Origin: Promethearchaeota archaeon
GTDB taxonomy: Archaea; Asgardarchaeota; Lokiarchaeia; Sigyniarchaeales; SOKP01
Length of the DNA: 19,331 nucleotides
Assembly (NCBI GenBank): GCA_048938445.1
Contig: JBHLME010000085.1
Span: forward strand, 1 to 19,331
Reading direction: 5' to 3'
Both the position numbers and the translations under genes were made by a program. This document shows, in pieces, positions 17,755 through 19,331 of this stretch. Position 1 is the stretch's first letter, and each line of letters starts with the position of its first letter. The notes beneath the pieces are model-generated. The model was not told the origin of the DNA. It ran no database searches and was given only the letters and a program-made list of their open reading frames with translations.

Positions 17755-18630
17755 TTATTTATTGCTGTTTGCTATTATAGCATCAATTATTTTTTGCTGG
17801 ATCTCACGAGGTAAACTATGACCCATTCCATCTAGAATCAATAATTCTGCTCCAGGTATACCAGAAGCAATATCCTTCCCCGCATCAACAAGATAAAAAG
17901 GATCTTCACTGCCATGGATTACAATCGTAGGCGCCGTTATAGCAGAAATGAATGGTTTAATATTACCAGGAACCGCCATGGCTGCTAATTGGCGAGCTAT
18001 TCCTTCGGGATAATAGCACCTATCATATTCTCTTGTTCGATATGTTCTTGATTGATCCTCATCAAACGGAAACTTACCATTAATTAAACTATCGCGCTTG
18101 ACCATTTCTTCAATATATGCTTCCCGCTCAGATGGCACTGGTGCAAAGAATTGCATCAAAATTTCAGGTTTGGATGGGGGTAATTCAGGATTTCCCGTGG
18201 TGCTCATTATTACTTCAAGAGAGATAACACGAGAAGGATGTCTATATGCGATGATTTGCGCGATCATTCCGCCCATCGAAGCTCCACAAATGTGTGCTTT
18301 ATCAATATTCAATGTGTCTAAAATTCCAATAGCATCATCCGCCATATCTTCTAATGTGTATGGTAGCGTAGGTTTCTCTCCACGAGTATAAGCATTACTA
18401 ATCTCCATCATATCGGGAATACCTGCATCGTCAAACTTAGTTGAGAATCCCACATCTCGATTATCGAACCTGATAACGAAGAAACCATTTTCGGAAAATT
18501 TTTCACAAATCTCATTTGACCAAGCAAGGAGCTGACTTCCTAATCCTGCTATCAGTAGTAAGGGTTTTGAACTTGGATCACCAAATGTCTGATATTCAAT
18601 AAATACATTATTCACATTTGCTTTCGGCAT
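17755..18630 (-). CDS. Alpha/beta fold hydrolase
   Basis: VIRFDNRDVG, GASMGG nucleophile elbow, IHGSED, GMGH. Confidence 0.94.
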   Translation of the reverse strand: MPKANVNNVFIEYQTFGDPSSKPLLLIAGLGSQLLAWSNEICEKFSENGFFVIRFDNRDVGFSTKFDDAGIPDMMEISNAYTRGEKPTLPYTLEDMADDAIGILDTLNIDKAHICGASMGGMIAQIIAYRHPSRVISLEVIMSTTGNPELPPSKPEILMQFFAPVPSEREAYIEEMVKRDSLINGKFPFDEDQSRTYRTREYDRCYYPEGIARQLAAMAVPGNIKPFISAITAPTIVIHGSEDPFYLVDAGKDIASGIPGAELLILDGMGHSLPREIQQKIIDAIIANSNK

Positions 18631-18689
18631 ATTTTAGTTTACCTATTATTATTCTATTGTATATATAAAGAAATACTCAATAAATAAAA

Positions 18690-18971
18690 TTACCCTTCTT
18701 TTTCTATTTTATCCTCAATGAGATTGTATTTCCGTGTGCCCAATCCTAGTTCTTTAGCAATTTTCATTTGAAGTTCCCAATGTTTAAAATTTTTTGCGTT
18801 GAGGTTATTTTCATATTTCCCAGTATCAGGATCAAACCGAGGGGTATAAGAAAAGCATTCATTTTCATTTATCTCTAATAATTTAATATCTCCAAGAGCA
18901 GAATGTGGATTCATTGAGTATTTATAAACTAAATCTACACATGCTTGGTCTAAGGCGACGGGATCTTGTGA
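18690..18971 (-). pseudogene. C-terminal fragment of a DUF362-like (Fe-S associated) protein
   Basis: SQDPVALDQACVDLV and AKELGLGTRKYNL match the C-terminal part of DUF362-type proteins. The ORF-track ATG at 18995 lies in the antisense of the trpG fragment, so it is not the native start. Confidence 0.7.
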
Positions 18972-19241
18972 GGAAAGGAATCTAAGATAATTCATGATCA
19001 GGAAACTATATTTAAGGACATCCCTAATCTATTGCAAGTCATAAGAGATCATTCATTAGCAGCGAAAGGAGATACTCTCTCTCAAGACCTTAAAATTACT
19101 GCGACTACGGATGATGGTACGATAATGGCCGTGTGTCATAAACAATATCCCATTGAAGGTGTTCAATTCCATCCAGAATCTATTAAAATGAAGTTCCACG
19201 GCATTCAAATCTTAAAAAATTTCTTAGAGCTTTACTTTTAA
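18972..19241 (+). pseudogene. trpG: 5'-truncated trpG copy 3
   Basis: Collinear with 9954-10217 at offset 9018. Reads GKESKIIHDQETIFKDIPNLLQVIRDHSL...GVQFHPES...NFLELYF. First 50 nt are 49/50 identical to trpG. Preceded in frame by TGA, lacks the catalytic Cys region, RYHS is RDHS, and the ancestral stop TAG is TAC. Confidence 0.92.
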
Positions 19242-19264
19242 TCTAAAAAAAAATAAAAAAAAGA

Positions 19265-19331
19265 TTAAATAGGATTAGTGTCTTGATCATCTGCAAAGAG
19301 AAATACCTCATCGATTTTAGAGTTTAATGCT
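19265..19331 (-). CDS. 3' end of a gene entering from the right edge, possibly an XRE/Cro-C1 HTH regulator
   Basis: Minus strand reads ...ALNSKIDEVFLFADDQDTNPI*, resembling the C-terminus of small XRE regulators. Followed by a long T-tract on that strand (A-run 19245-19262). Confidence 0.45.
   Translation of the reverse strand, partial: ALNSKIDEVFLFADDQDTNPI

Noticed and set aside
9816-19241. trpG repeats as template/variable repeats of a diversity-generating retroelement
   Set aside because: No reverse transcriptase in the window, and differences are not adenine-specific; many are synonymous third-position changes.
10218-19331. Accessory region as a prophage, IS or integrative element
   Set aside because: No integrase, transposase, terminal inverted repeats or viral genes in the window, and the breakpoints in trpG are not at a fixed site.

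Overview
AT-rich window that looks archaeal, most plausibly Asgard/Lokiarchaeia-like. This is inferred from GGTGA/GAGG ribosome-binding motifs, TATA-like boxes, a 7TM membrane protein, a 23-residue LPESIGNL-type LRR protein and a stand-alone receiver-domain protein; no marker gene is present. The core is a complete tryptophan operon in the order orf90-trpD-trpC-trpF-trpB-trpA-orf205-LRR-trpE-trpG (1640-10217). The main finding, missed by the ORF track, is an 18-codon leader ORF at 1408-1464 (MAPENNSFWRWQWPWRWQ, 5 Trp codons). It is embedded in competing RNA helices and followed by U4 tracts, which makes it a candidate ribosome-mediated Trp attenuator in an apparent archaeon. Downstream of trpG is an accessory region of two ~4.5 kb cargo blocks, each ending in a diverged, 5'-truncated copy of trpG. 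This suggests repeated DNA capture anchored on trpG.
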